Below, one piece after another: positions 26,518 through 38,312 of a stretch of 64,000 nt of DNA. Numbering within the stretch: position 1 is the first letter of the stretch; the number at the start of each line of letters is the position of its first letter. Under the pieces are notes generated by a model. It was not told the DNA's origin, made no database searches, and saw nothing but the letters and a program-made list of their open reading frames with translations. The position numbers and the translations under genes are program-made. This stretch comes from Adineta vaga (Eukaryota; Animalia; Rotifera). The stretch covers positions 14,074,001 to 14,138,000 of the forward strand of contig CP075496.1 in assembly GCA_021613535.1 (NCBI GenBank), in the 5' to 3' direction.

Positions 26518-27996
26518 TTAGGCGATAGTACAATCGTCTTTTTCAGGACTCAATGGAAGTATCAAATGTTTATCGGTTCCATTAACTGCATTTCGAAGTC
26601 GTTGTTCATCTTGTTTTGTTAAACGACAGTAAGAAACATCAAATTCTCTTAACGACGAATTCTTTTGAATAATTTCAATAAAATCTGTAATACTTAAACT
26701 TGTTATTAACGGATTTTTCTTCAATGATAATTCTTGAAGAGTTCTATTCTGATGACAAAGTACCTTTGATAAGACATGAATACTTTCATCACTAATTTGA
26801 TTATTATCTAACCATAATACTTTTAATGTTGTATTCGTTTTTAATATTTCTGATAATAAAAGAATACCTTGATTCGATATTTTATTAGCACCAAGATGAA
26901 GTTTTTCAAGAACACATTGATTTGTTGATAGAAGATTAATTAAAGGTTGAATACCTTGATCACAAAGACGATTTGAATAAAGATTTAATCCAATTAAAGT
27001 TGAATTATTTTCCAAAGCTTGAACTAAATATTTCATTCCTTGATTTGTAAAATAATTTTGATCTAATCGAAGAATTGAACATTGTTTTTTAATAATTGCA
27101 TGTTGAATAATCACTGAAATATCTTGATCATCAAGTTGTTGATGAATTAAATCAATCGATGAATATAATGGATATTCATCAATTCTATTCTGAAGTTTTA
27201 ACGTTCGATTAATATATTTTTCAATTGTTTCAACTTTTGATCGTGATTGAATATTTCCATCAGAGATTTTCAAAAGAAAATTTTCGGAAAGAATTTCTCT
27301 ATGAGAAGTTATTGCTGAAATTTCTTCTAAATGAATATTACAAAGACCATCTGCATCTTTCGAAGACGTTCGAACTTTAAATTCAATTCCTGGTAAAAGA
27401 AGAATTTGATCATCATTTGGAAAATATGAATGATTTCGAATATCTTTTCCTGAAGAACATTCAATTGTGAATTGTGTATGTAGATTTGAATGATATTTTT
27501 CAGAAGATAATGTACAGAATGAAAATGCCCACCAATGAAATGTTTGATTCGATGGATATCGATCGATTAAATTCATTTGAACATGTCGATAAACAATTGT
27601 AGAGATTGATGGTAAACGAGAAAGTGCTTGAAGTAATAATCTTAGATAAGATAACCAAGGTTTTAAAGTTTGTCGATCACGACAACGAAGTGTTGCATTG
27701 AGTTTATGATAAAGACATTCTTCCATAGGTTGCCAATTCATGGAATAGAGCATGATTGAAGCTGATTCATCGATTGTTAAATTATCCGTTGGATTCGAAC
27801 ATTTGTCTTTTACTATTTGAACGAATGAGAGAAGATTTGGTAAGAAAGAAAGTAATAGTTCAACAGATTGTTCTAATGAAATATTTGAATGTTCATTTGA
27901 AATTGAAATCGATGGAAGATTAGTCAATGGTTCTTTGAAAATATCATAAGAACGTGCTTCGAATCGTTGAATTCTTTCATCATTAGTTGAAATCAT
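26518..27996 (-). CDS. R-S-E-class ADP-ribosyltransferase domain fused to RNI-like leucine-rich repeats
   Basis: LTIDESASIMLYS, LNATLR, VYRHV, WWAFSFCT, GKDIRNHSY...ILLLPG (ART); LxLxxNxIxxxG repeats in the C-terminal half. Confidence 0.85.
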   Translation of the reverse strand: MISTNDERIQRFEARSYDIFKEPLTNLPSISISNEHSNISLEQSVELLLSFLPNLLSFVQIVKDKCSNPTDNLTIDESASIMLYSMNWQPMEECLYHKLNATLRCRDRQTLKPWLSYLRLLLQALSRLPSISTIVYRHVQMNLIDRYPSNQTFHWWAFSFCTLSSEKYHSNLHTQFTIECSSGKDIRNHSYFPNDDQILLLPGIEFKVRTSSKDADGLCNIHLEEISAITSHREILSENFLLKISDGNIQSRSKVETIEKYINRTLKLQNRIDEYPLYSSIDLIHQQLDDQDISVIIQHAIIKKQCSILRLDQNYFTNQGMKYLVQALENNSTLIGLNLYSNRLCDQGIQPLINLLSTNQCVLEKLHLGANKISNQGILLLSEILKTNTTLKVLWLDNNQISDESIHVLSKVLCHQNRTLQELSLKKNPLITSLSITDFIEIIQKNSSLREFDVSYCRLTKQDEQRLRNAVNGTDKHLILPLSPEKDDCTIA

Positions 27997-28422
27997 ACTT
28001 TATCACATATGCATGATACAAAATAAAACGAAAATTCTGTTCCTTTCTTATCATATCTCTTTACTTACTTTACATGTTACAAAAGAAGTCTAATCATTTT
28101 CATTATATAAATACGAACTACTAAAATAAATAAGATTTTTCTTTATAAAATTGTATGAACAATTGATTGACTTTGATAATGAGAGTAAATCAATTGAAAA
28201 CTTCGTATTTACTTATTTCAATTCCTGGAAAGAAATTTAATCATATCAAATAATTAAACGGAAACGTGTTTTTTTTCTCTCTCTCACAATTCTCTTCATA
28301 TGTCATTTTTTCCGACACATTCTCGTTGATATTTGTTCTTTTTTCCTCACATCATCTGTCAACATAGAAATAATAAAGTTTCTTTATATTCTTTTGTAAC
28401 ACTGTGAACACGTTCTTTTATA

Positions 28423-29724
28423 ATGTCTCAACGTTGTATGATCGCATTATGTCGAGAATCGTCGAAGGTTTTATGTTATTGTTGTAATCAAAATCTTTGT
28501 CTTGAACATTTATCAAATCATAAGAATTCGAATTCATTAATTGATCAAGTGAAATTATTAAATGAAGAAATGAAAAGATTTGATATAGAAAAATTCATCG
28601 AACATGATCGGAGAAGGTTAACAAAATGGCGTGATGAATGTTTTAAAAAGATTTCACGATATTATGAAAGAAAATGTGATGAACTTGAAGAATTTTATCA
28701 ACGAAAATTTCATGAAGAACAAAAACAAATCGATTCTATACAACGAAAATTAATCTATTTAAATCAATATCAAAATACAATCGAAGATGAAGATTTTCAT
28801 CAATTTCCAACGATTATTTCGAATACGAAACAAAAAATTCATAACATCGAACAAAATGGAATTCCTATTCATATTCGTTCTTTATCAATCGATGAAAATT
28901 TCATTACAATTGGTGAATTAAAATTTCAAGAATTCAATTTAAATGATCTTTCATTACCCTATCAAACGTTAAATATATCGAAAACTTCAACTTATGGAAT
29001 AACAAATAATGAACAATATTTATTAATTGATCAAAACTCAAATATAACTTTAATCGATCGAAATCTACGAATGATCGAACAATTTACTTGGAAACATGGA
29101 ATTATCCGTGATATGTGTTGGTCATTTGCTTTGAGAAGTTTTCTTCTAATAACTGAAATGAATAAAGCATATTTATTAAATGAAATCAATCATTCTATTG
29201 ATTGTATTGAACCTATGATCAATCAATTATGGATATCATGTACTTGTTCAAATTCTTTATTATATTTAGTTTCATTGAATAATGCTATTGTGGAATTTTC
29301 ACTTTTACCAACATTTATTTCCAATCGACGATGGGATCAACCGGATACTTGTAAAAAACATGAAACAATTAAAGATATTTCATCAAGTGATGATCTTCTG
29401 GCATTGATTGTTACATCGGAAAAAACACAAATGATTCATTTAATTCTTCGATCTTTAGCAACATTTGATGAAATCTTTTCTATTCGATTGGATATTATTA
29501 TTCATCCATCTTATCATTTACCGATGCGTTGTTGTCTTTTAAAAAATGATCAATGGTTAGTTTGTGATGCGAATACATCACGACTTTTTCATATTGGAAA
29601 AAATGGAAAAATCAAAGGAACATTTAAATATGATCAACAACCTTTTAATCTCGTTGTTTTTGATGATTCGAAAATCTTGGCAATACGAACAGAGAATACA
29701 ATTAATTTTCATCATTTATTTTGA
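28423..29724 (+). CDS. B-box-like zinc finger, coiled coil and beta-propeller-like protein (TRIM-like)
   Basis: N-terminal C-x4-C...CYCC...CLEHL..H, helical coiled-coil region and beta-rich C-terminus; 433-aa intronless ORF. Confidence 0.7.
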   Translation: MSQRCMIALCRESSKVLCYCCNQNLCLEHLSNHKNSNSLIDQVKLLNEEMKRFDIEKFIEHDRRRLTKWRDECFKKISRYYERKCDELEEFYQRKFHEEQKQIDSIQRKLIYLNQYQNTIEDEDFHQFPTIISNTKQKIHNIEQNGIPIHIRSLSIDENFITIGELKFQEFNLNDLSLPYQTLNISKTSTYGITNNEQYLLIDQNSNITLIDRNLRMIEQFTWKHGIIRDMCWSFALRSFLLITEMNKAYLLNEINHSIDCIEPMINQLWISCTCSNSLLYLVSLNNAIVEFSLLPTFISNRRWDQPDTCKKHETIKDISSSDDLLALIVTSEKTQMIHLILRSLATFDEIFSIRLDIIIHPSYHLPMRCCLLKNDQWLVCDANTSRLFHIGKNGKIKGTFKYDQQPFNLVVFDDSKILAIRTENTINFHHLF

Positions 29725-30046
29725 AAAATAACTTTTCTTGGACATTTCAGTATTGTGATCAAATTTTTTTATCTTGACCGCATCATATTCATAAAATACA
29801 TTGAACTTTTCGTGATTAATTATGTGAACTCCGTGCGAGATTGGTTGATGAATACTGTGATCAATAAGAGAGGGTATACAATGGTCACGAGTTATTCTTC
29901 TTTCTTTTTTTTGCCCCTTCTTTCGGTCAAATATATCGTGTCTTTTTCTTTCCTCTTCTTCTTCTTCTTTTCCCAGACATGATGTCCTTATTGACCAACC
30001 CTAGACATGAAACTAACCAATCTATTTTCTTCTCGTTCTTAGTATC

Positions 30047-33046
30047 GTGACCGTTCGTAAGGGAAGAGAAGGTCACTGCTATTTTACTGCTAGTAGATGT
30101 ATATTTCTCTTTCTTTGTTCTCTTCTTTCTCTCGTGACCGTCTCTCTTACGATTTACAAACATCATGATGCTCAAGTTGAATGGAATTCGATAAAACATA
30201 ATGAAGAATTAGTCCAAGAAAAAATTGAAGAATATTTAGAAACGTTTAATCAACTAGGTGCACCAGAAAATGCTGGTCTTGCACGTCCACCATCGCCTGA
30301 AGTTATCGAACGAAGAGATACTCGTGGACGACCAAAAAAGAATGCAAAATCAAATTCAACAACAGCTGATAAAGAAAATAGTGGTGAGAATAAGAAGAAC
30401 GATGGAGAATGGAATGGTCTTGATGATCTCGAGGATGAAGAAGATGATGATAACGAAGAAGAAGAAGAAGAAGAAGAAATTGAGAAAAAGAAAAAGAAGA
30501 AAAAAAGTTATTATGTGAAAAAACGTAAACCAGCTGATGAAGATATTATTCAAGATCCAACATTAACTGCTCAAACAACAGGTGGACCATTAGAACCTCT
30601 ACCGAAAAAGATTCGTCAACCGGCACAAGAAAAAGCTTATAAAGAATTAAGTGCAATCAATGAACGTATCGCTTCATTAGTACAAGTTAGACAAATGGGT
30701 TTAGCAACAGCAGAAAATAAAAAACAATTGAAACATTTAATTGCTGATCGAAAGAAGAAAGCTTATGAAATCAAACGTCTTCAATCGAAACAACGTGCAT
30801 CAAATAAATATCGAAATAAACAAAAGAAAATTGTAGGAAAAGAAATCTTTCGTTTCGTTTTGTTTTTGAATAAAAATATCATATTTCTGTTTTAGGTGGA
30901 TAATTTATTAGAATCCAAACCAGAATTACAACCACAATTAAATAAACTTTATCGTCGTGGTGTTGGTCGACCACGTGTCGAAGAACAATGTCCTGATTTA
31001 TTACAAATTATTGAAGAAATTGCCAAAGTTGGCGGTGCTAGTGATGATCGTCGTCGATCAGAAACTATTCGTCCTTGTTTAACATTAGATGATTTACGTG
31101 AAAAGATTAAACAACGTGGTTATGATATTAAACGAACTACACTTTATTATCGTCTTTTACCACATCGTGCATCATCGATTGAAGGTCGTCGACATAATCA
31201 AACAGTACCTGTTCGTCTTCGTCGTGCACAAAATGATGAACATGGTAAACATGAAGATGGTCATTTTGCCACAGCAACAATTCGTTATATGAAAGATTTA
31301 GCATCAATCTTTGGCAATGATTGTGTGTTTTATTTATCTCAAGATGATAAATGTAAAGTTCCACTTGGTTTACCAGCAGCTCGTGTACAAGCACCAATGT
31401 TAATGCATTTGGATTATCGTATTCGTTTACCGGATCACGATTGGACAGTCGCACCACGTCATCAATTGACGCCAAGTGTTTATGCAGCATGTCTTTTATC
31501 TGAAGATGGTGATTTAGGTTATTCCGGTCCAACATATGTTGCTGTTCGATCAGCTAAACATGATCAATCGAATGCGGAATCTCATGCCGTTGATTTTGAT
31601 CGACTTGTTAATTTGAAAGAATTTGAGAAAGTTGCACGTGATGAAACAGGACAAGTCAAACCAATTGTCATCGTCACTGTTGATGGTGGTCCAGATGAAA
31701 ATCCACGTTTTCCAAAAACACTCGTAGCGAGTATCAAGAAATTTAAAAGATATAATTTAGATGCACTCTTTTGTCTTACACATGCGTAAGTTCGTCTTTC
31801 TTTCATGAGACAATTTAAAATAAATTTCCTTCTCATTATTTAGTCCTGGTCAATCAGCTTATAATATTGTCGAACGTCGTATGGCTCCATTATCTCATGA
31901 TTTAGCTGGTCTTATTCTTCCACATGACCATTTTGGTTCACATTTGAATGATTCCGGATCAACAGTTAATGTTGATTTGGAAAAATTAAACTTTCGAAAA
32001 GCTGGTCAAATCTTAGCAGAAACATGGAATCAAACAGTTATTGATGGTTATTCTGTTTTTGCAGAATACATCAATCCACCAGCAACATCCGAAGATGAAC
32101 GAAGACAAATTGATGTGAAATTTGTTATGGATGATCTTTTACGGCAGTAAGTTTTTCATTCTTCCTGCTTCTATTATATTCTTTGCTTTTGAAACAATCA
32201 ATAGAGTTTGTGCTGAAGAAGAAGCGGAAGAAGGTTACGATCCTCGTATTTCAGCACGAGATGAATATTATCAAGAGAATGCTCGTCCAGCACGTGACAA
32301 ATTTGGTGAACTACCTAAATATGATATTGATGAATATTGGTGTGCAATGCATGTTTTACAAACACAATATACATTACAAATTGTTCGTTGTAATTCACTT
32401 GAATGTTGTGGACCATGGCGTTCAAATTATATCGAAGTATTTCCACATCGATTTCTGCCATCACCTGTTCCATTTGAACGTACACCTTATGGTGTTCGTA
32501 TGGCAGAAAAAGATTATCAAAAAGGACAATTTTATGGATCATTATTTCAACGCATTCAATTTCATGGTGTTGTTATTGAACATACACAAGTAAGAAAAAG
32601 AAAGAAAGATTTCCATAAGAAAACACTTTCGTTTATTTTAGAATGAAATGTTACCATTTGATTTTTGTTGTTCATCAGTGAAAAAAGAACTTCGAAAACG
32701 AACATGTCGAATATGTAATCAATATATTCCATCAGCTTATCGAATGAAAAATCATTATAAAATTCATGCTGAACATTATGAAGATTTCGATCATGATCAA
32801 GATGATACATTAGTAAATGATATTGGTATTGAATCATTGAATGAAAATCAACCGATAACAACAGCACCACCACCACAATTCAAAACTGAAATGTTGGATT
32901 GGCTTCGTTCAGATTTTGATGAATTCGATTTGGGTCCAGCTCCAACACAACTTGCAAGTGATCGTGTGACGCGTAGTTTGAAGAAATTACGTGTAGAAGA
33001 AAAGAAAGAAGATGATGATAATCAAGATTGGGTACATGTAGAATAA
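30047..33046 (+). CDS. Zator/ISAzo13(TP36)-like DDE transposase-derived gene with a C-terminal C2H2 finger; introns 30833-30895, 31786-31843, 32147-32204, 32590-32641; 5' end unresolved
   Basis: The spliced product contains LSQDDKCKVPLG, LPDHDW, VTVDGGPDENPR and HAPGQSAYNIVERRM. These parallel the ISAzo13/Zator motifs (ISVDTKKKE, DHDF, ITADGG, PPGTSKWNKIEHR). C-terminal CRICNQY...MKNHYKIH. All four introns are GT-AG and keep the frame. Confidence 0.8.
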
Positions 33047-33274
33047 ATCAATTCATTCAGTAGTCAACATGACTGTCTTTGGTTTTTTTTAAAATATTAT
33101 TTCAGTTTAGCAATTACACTTCTTTTTTTTGTAATTTATGTTTTTTTTGTAGTCTTTTCTTTTGCATTTTGTAGTCTTTTTGCTCTTTTTCTTCTTGTTG
33201 TTTTTGTCATGTTTTGCACAAAGAAATTTTCAAGGTGTTTGAATAAAGAATATATCTATGACGAATAAACGTTT

Positions 33275-33735
33275 TCATATTGAATTAATCTTTCTTTCGA
33301 TTGATTTGTTAATTTTCGCACGATATTGTCGAAGAGATGAATCATTTTTTGGTAAAGTTTCTTCTGCGATAATTAATGCATGATTATAATACAGAGATGC
33401 TATAGAATATTCACCTAATTTTGAGCATGCACAACCCATACTATAGTGAAGCAAGTGCTCGTCTATATTCACCCATGTTAAGATATGTTGATCCAATACT
33501 ACGATATGAAATACCTATAGCTGGATAATTCGATGGTAGAAAACTCTTTTTAATGTCTAAAGCATTTTCAAGAGCGACAAGTGCTTGAGAATATTTTCCT
33601 GTAGCCATATATGCCAAACCAATATTATTATATATTGTTGCTAAATAGGATTGATTTTGAGAGAAAACATGGCAATAAGATTCAAGTGCTTTACCATAAT
33701 AAAATAATACTTTAGAATAAATATACCCATATGCT
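33275..33735 (-). pseudogene. TPR-repeat gene remnant
   Basis: LATIYNNIGLAYMATGKYSQAL and HYSMGCACSKLGEYSIASLYYNHALIIAE TPR motifs, with stops and frameshifts; abuts the MULE insertion. Confidence 0.65.
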
Positions 33736-33752
33736 AATAAATAATGCTCATC

Positions 33753-36400
33753 GGCAACAAATTAAATGGTCAGTATTTTATTGTAAATGATCAGTAAATT
33801 TTGATCAGTATTTAATGCGAATGATCAGTAAAAAAATTGAATTGTCAGTAAAATAATCAATGATCAGTGACTATTGGATATGATCAGTAATTTAATCATT
33901 TGATCAGTAATTAAATCATTTGATCATTAAAAAAAGGAATCTATCGGTATTTAAAGTAACATATCAGTAGTTAATTGTGTTTGATCAGCGACTCATCGCA
34001 TCTTTATCAGTATTCATCGTTCTGTAACGCCCCTCGATTATCATATATCGGTTGACCTACTTATCGTCTTTGTTTTTTTTGACCTAGATTGTAAAGATTA
34101 TAACATCTATGTGATATCTTATAGTGATAAATAGATATATGATCTTCATTGATTGTTATTTCAGTTTAACAACGAAACATGTTCAGGATATCTTCCCTCG
34201 ATCGTTTTTCTACCTACCCCTATATAAATACATCGTTTTATCAGTCAGACACTAAGTAATTCCAATTCATATACATCATTATAACTGGTTAACTTCGAAA
34301 TGGCAACAGCAATGGAAATCAATGAAATACCAATGTACGTTTCTGATGAAGAAGATACGAATAACAGTTTTCAAGTTGAACGTAAGAAAAAAGAAAAATA
34401 TAGACGACATAAATGGAAAAAAGAAATGATCTTTAAAAATGCTGATGAAGCTGAACAAGCGGTAACCATTGAAGGTCAATGGAGTGAATATTATACCAAT
34501 ACAACAGCAGAAGGAAAAAAGAAGGTTTTCAGATGCAACCAGGTTAAGCGTCGTGGAGAACAATGTGCTGCTGGTATTTATTTGTTGTTTAATTCGAATA
34601 ATGAAGAAGTAGTTTTATTTCGCGACACATCTGAACATACCCATGATATTATACAACACAAATGTACAAGAATACCAGATGATGTGAAAATGGTTATCAA
34701 AGAATTTTATGACTTAAAACTGAAACCTAAAGCCATAATAGAGGCATTATATGAACGTGGTATAGTTGCACCAAGTATTAATCAATTGAATAATTTCTTA
34801 CGAACATTGAGAACAAAAAGATTCGGTTCAACAGCAATGAGCCTCGGTGAAATTGAAAAATGGTGTATGGAATCAAACAGATCAATTCCAGAATCGATGG
34901 ATGTTGGTTTTGTTGTATCATATGAAATTGTTTATGAGGACGATGACGATGGTAGTGTGAATGAAGACGGTGATGATAATGATGGTGATAATGGAAATAA
35001 ATTTCGGTTTTTTGTTTCAACGAAACGACTTCTACACATTGCTGCAAAATCGAAGAAAATTCATGCAGATGCCACATATAAGCTGGTGTGGCAGGGCTTT
35101 CCTGTTCTTATTATTGGTACAACTGATATGGATCGACAATTTCATTCATTCGGCATTGCTGTTTGTTCAAATGAGAAAACGAAAGATTTCACATTTGTTT
35201 TTCGTGCTCTTCAAGATGTCATGAAGAAGCTTGATTTACAAGAAATTGATCCAGATGTTTTGATTGCAGATGGTTCAGATGCTATTCGTAATGGATTTCA
35301 AGCAATTTTTGGAGAAAAACTTATGGTTATGTGTTGGGCACATATGAGACGTAAGGTGGTAAAGAAAATTGAATCAATGGTAGATAAGATGGAACAAGAA
35401 GTTTTGATAGAAGATATTGAAACATTACAATTGGCACAGAATGAGCGAATGTTTACGAAAGCCTCCAATCTATTTATCAGAAAATGGAACAAGAAACAAC
35501 CAAATTTTATTCAATATTTTGAAAATGAATGGTTAAATTCACATAATGGTTGGTATGAAGGTATTCGAAATTTCACTCCTAGTACGAATAATGGTTTAGA
35601 ATCAAACAATAGAGTTATCAAGGATGAAAATACATTTCGAGAACGGCTTCCATTATCAAGATTCAAAGTTTTAACATTTGAAATTGTTGAAAAGTGGTCC
35701 AAATCATATGAGCGAAGTCTTAAAATATTTCATGATGAACAAACGGTGACATTAGATTTATGGACAAACAGTTATCAATGGGTCAAATTAAATAAATCAA
35801 TTGTATCCACACAAATAGAAGATAAAATTGAATTTTACGTACCTGCAGGAAACCAATTAAGTATTACCAAAACTGAAATTGATTCAATGAAGAAAATGAA
35901 ATGGTATTCATTCGATCAATACAAAGCCAAAGCATTTAATATGTGGAGTGTTGCATTACCAATAGATAAAGAAAAATGGTTAGGTGGTCAATGTAATTGT
36001 CCAGCATTTTTCAAAAAGTTTATGTGTAAACATGTCGTTGGATTAGCAATAAGACTAAACTATTGCAAACCACCACCTGCTGCGAAAAACATCAAAATTG
36101 GAGAAAAACGACGTCGAGGTCGACCCTCGAAAGCTACAAAGGCATTGCTTATTCAATAAAACTTTTGTTTCTTGTAACTGAAATATTTTTACTGATAAAA
36201 ATGAAAAAATAACTGATCAAATATAAATTATCTACTAACCAAAATTTAATTTTTTACTGATCATATTTTGATTTAAATACTGATATTTCACATTATCTAC
36301 TGATCAAAAAACATATATTTACTGATCAAAAAATACTGATCATGCGTCGAGAAAAATACTGATCATTTACAATAAAATACTGATCAATTAAATACGACCC
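33753..36400 (+). mobile_element. Full-length MULE (Mutator-like) DNA transposon, 2648 bp
   Basis: 9-bp TSD ATGCTCATC at 33744-33752 and 36401-36409. Long imperfect TIRs starting GG, containing an exact inverted TCAGTATTTTATTGTAAATGATCAGTA block and many TGATCAGTA units. Confidence 0.95.
34300..36159 (+). CDS. MULE transposase with SWIM zinc finger and C-terminal AT-hook
   Basis: HADATYKL (D), IADGSDAI (D), CWAH, TNNGLESNN (E); CNCPAFFKKFMCKH SWIM; RRRGRPSK. Uninterrupted 619 aa. Confidence 0.95.
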   Translation: MATAMEINEIPMYVSDEEDTNNSFQVERKKKEKYRRHKWKKEMIFKNADEAEQAVTIEGQWSEYYTNTTAEGKKKVFRCNQVKRRGEQCAAGIYLLFNSNNEEVVLFRDTSEHTHDIIQHKCTRIPDDVKMVIKEFYDLKLKPKAIIEALYERGIVAPSINQLNNFLRTLRTKRFGSTAMSLGEIEKWCMESNRSIPESMDVGFVVSYEIVYEDDDDGSVNEDGDDNDGDNGNKFRFFVSTKRLLHIAAKSKKIHADATYKLVWQGFPVLIIGTTDMDRQFHSFGIAVCSNEKTKDFTFVFRALQDVMKKLDLQEIDPDVLIADGSDAIRNGFQAIFGEKLMVMCWAHMRRKVVKKIESMVDKMEQEVLIEDIETLQLAQNERMFTKASNLFIRKWNKKQPNFIQYFENEWLNSHNGWYEGIRNFTPSTNNGLESNNRVIKDENTFRERLPLSRFKVLTFEIVEKWSKSYERSLKIFHDEQTVTLDLWTNSYQWVKLNKSIVSTQIEDKIEFYVPAGNQLSITKTEIDSMKKMKWYSFDQYKAKAFNMWSVALPIDKEKWLGGQCNCPAFFKKFMCKHVVGLAIRLNYCKPPPAAKNIKIGEKRRRGRPSKATKALLIQ

Positions 36401-36650
36401 ATGCTCATCGAAGGCGACTCGCTTTACCCTCGACTGAACCTGTTCAGGTTGACGCCACAAAAAAAATAATTTGAATGTGGCTGAATAGTCATGTAAGAAA
36501 CAATTATTGCTTTCTTTTTTTCTATTTTTAATACGTTCTTGCGTGTTTTGACATCAAATGTACTTGTTCGTACTTTCACTCGATATGAATTTTTCTCTTT
36601 CTATTGATAAATTTCTATTGGAACGTACTCTGTTCGTACTTTTGATCAAC

Positions 36651-37223
36651 ATGTCGAATAGCAAAAGTGTCGAAGAATTGAAAGAAACATGGGATCAAGT
36701 AAGTTAATGATTATTTATCTGGTTTAAATTTATTTTTGCTTTTAATATAGATCAACGGTGAAAATATGGATGAATTTTTAAAAGAACTCGGTATTGGAAT
36801 GGCTAAGCGTATGGCTGTGAAAAGTATAAAATCTCGTCTTGTTTATCAGCGAAAATGCTGGTAAATAGATAATTCGATCCGACAGCATACTCACATCGAA
36901 AACAGTTGAGTTTACATCCGGTGTTGAATTTCACGAAACAACAAACCATGGATGTCAAGTTACAGCTTGTCTCTATATTTGTATTTTACTGAATATTTTC
37001 AGACCACTGTTCGAATTAACGGTAATGCATTGGAACATACAATGCGAGGCAAGAATGGAAAAGAATGTGTAGCAGTCCGTTATGTAAATGACCAAGATTA
37101 ACAACAAATTGTAAGTTAAATTTGATTTCTTTTTATTATTCAGATTCAGATAACACTTTCCTCTTGCAGGATCTGACATGTGATTCTGTATAAGCTCATC
37201 GTTGATTCAAACGTGTCGAATAA
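36651..37223 (+). pseudogene. Fatty-acid-binding protein (FABP/CRABP-like) pseudogene
   Basis: MSNSKSVEELKETWDQ|INGENMDEFLKELGIGMAKRMAV...VEFTSGVEFHETT. Intron 36699-36750, a +1 frameshift near 36844, and two stops at expected Trp positions (TAG ~36866, TGA ~37203). Confidence 0.85.
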
Positions 37224-37356
37224 TCACGCATATTTTTTTATATGAATATAATCTTTTACTTTATTTCTATAATATTTCGTTTGTATTTTCCTTCTTGACA
37301 TGATGATTCTAGCGTACTGATATTTCTAAACATAATAAACTAATAGTTGTTACTCG

Positions 37357-38312
37357 TCACATATCTCGTATAGAATGATTCCATACTTGATTTTGACAAA
37401 ATTGTGTTGGTCTCATAATCTTCACAACAACTGGCCAAAATTCAAAAGTTTTATTATATTTGAAAAGAATCGCTCGAACACCACATTCCGGATGCTGAAA
37501 ATGTAATCCACAAACATGACGAAGTAAATTAGGTTCATAGGATATATTCATAAATATATTTCTAGATTTTCTTGGTAAAATTATAAATAAATCAGATAAT
37601 TCATAATAGTTTTTATTATCGCATGGTGCAGGATGATCAGACTATTTCTTTGTGTAACCCGGTTGAATATCATCTAATGAACATTCATAATATGGATTAA
37701 CTAACACTCGATCATGCGGTAAAAGATCTCCTGTTGGTAAATCTTTCGCAATAAATAAATCAAGACGAGTACGAACAATACAATCATACTTAAATTTTTT
37801 TTTTTTCAGTTTGTTCGATGAAATCTAAACAACATTTCCATTTAGCATAACTAGTAATGTTGTCTTTTACTCCTAAAGTATCATTAATCGGAATCTATTG
37901 AAGTCGTTTAGAGAAATATATTTTATTGCGCTTTAATACTGATCACGATTGCTCGCTTTTATTTCAACATCATGAACTTTTCCCACTTTATCATATCCTT
38001 GAAGAATAAGAAAAAGATCGCCAGGAAGATTGTTTAATACTTGACGATGATATGGAACATACACTTCTTCTTTATAAAATGTTCGTAGAGCGCCTGTTAT
38101 ACAATGACCAGTACGACAATTTTGTATTCGAGTCGTTTTAATTGAAATAAAATATCTTTGATAAGATGAAAAAATAATAATATAAGAAGAAGAATCTGTC
38201 CAAAATGATGAAATGTCTTTTTATCAAAGAAGTTTATTTCAGTTGTTATTGAAAGATTCATACTCTCATTTTCATCCACAAAATTGATATGATTATATAT
38301 ATGAAATATCAT
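37357..38312 (-). pseudogene. Decayed type II membrane glycosyltransferase-like gene
   Basis: TM segment followed by TGALRTF, KYDCIVRTRLDL, SDLFII and HPEC motifs spread over several frames, with in-frame stops. Confidence 0.5.

Noticed and set aside
33780-34010. Regularly spaced TGATCAGTA repeats resembling a CRISPR array
   Set aside because: The units are ~9 bp, mirrored at 36190-36390, and form the MULE TIRs; eukaryotic context with no cas genes.
36410-36460. Hairpin aacctgttcaggtt, plus aaggcgactc shared with a hairpin at about 60873-60897
   Set aside because: The shared match is only ~10 bp and there is no CTRR Helitron end; not enough to call an element.
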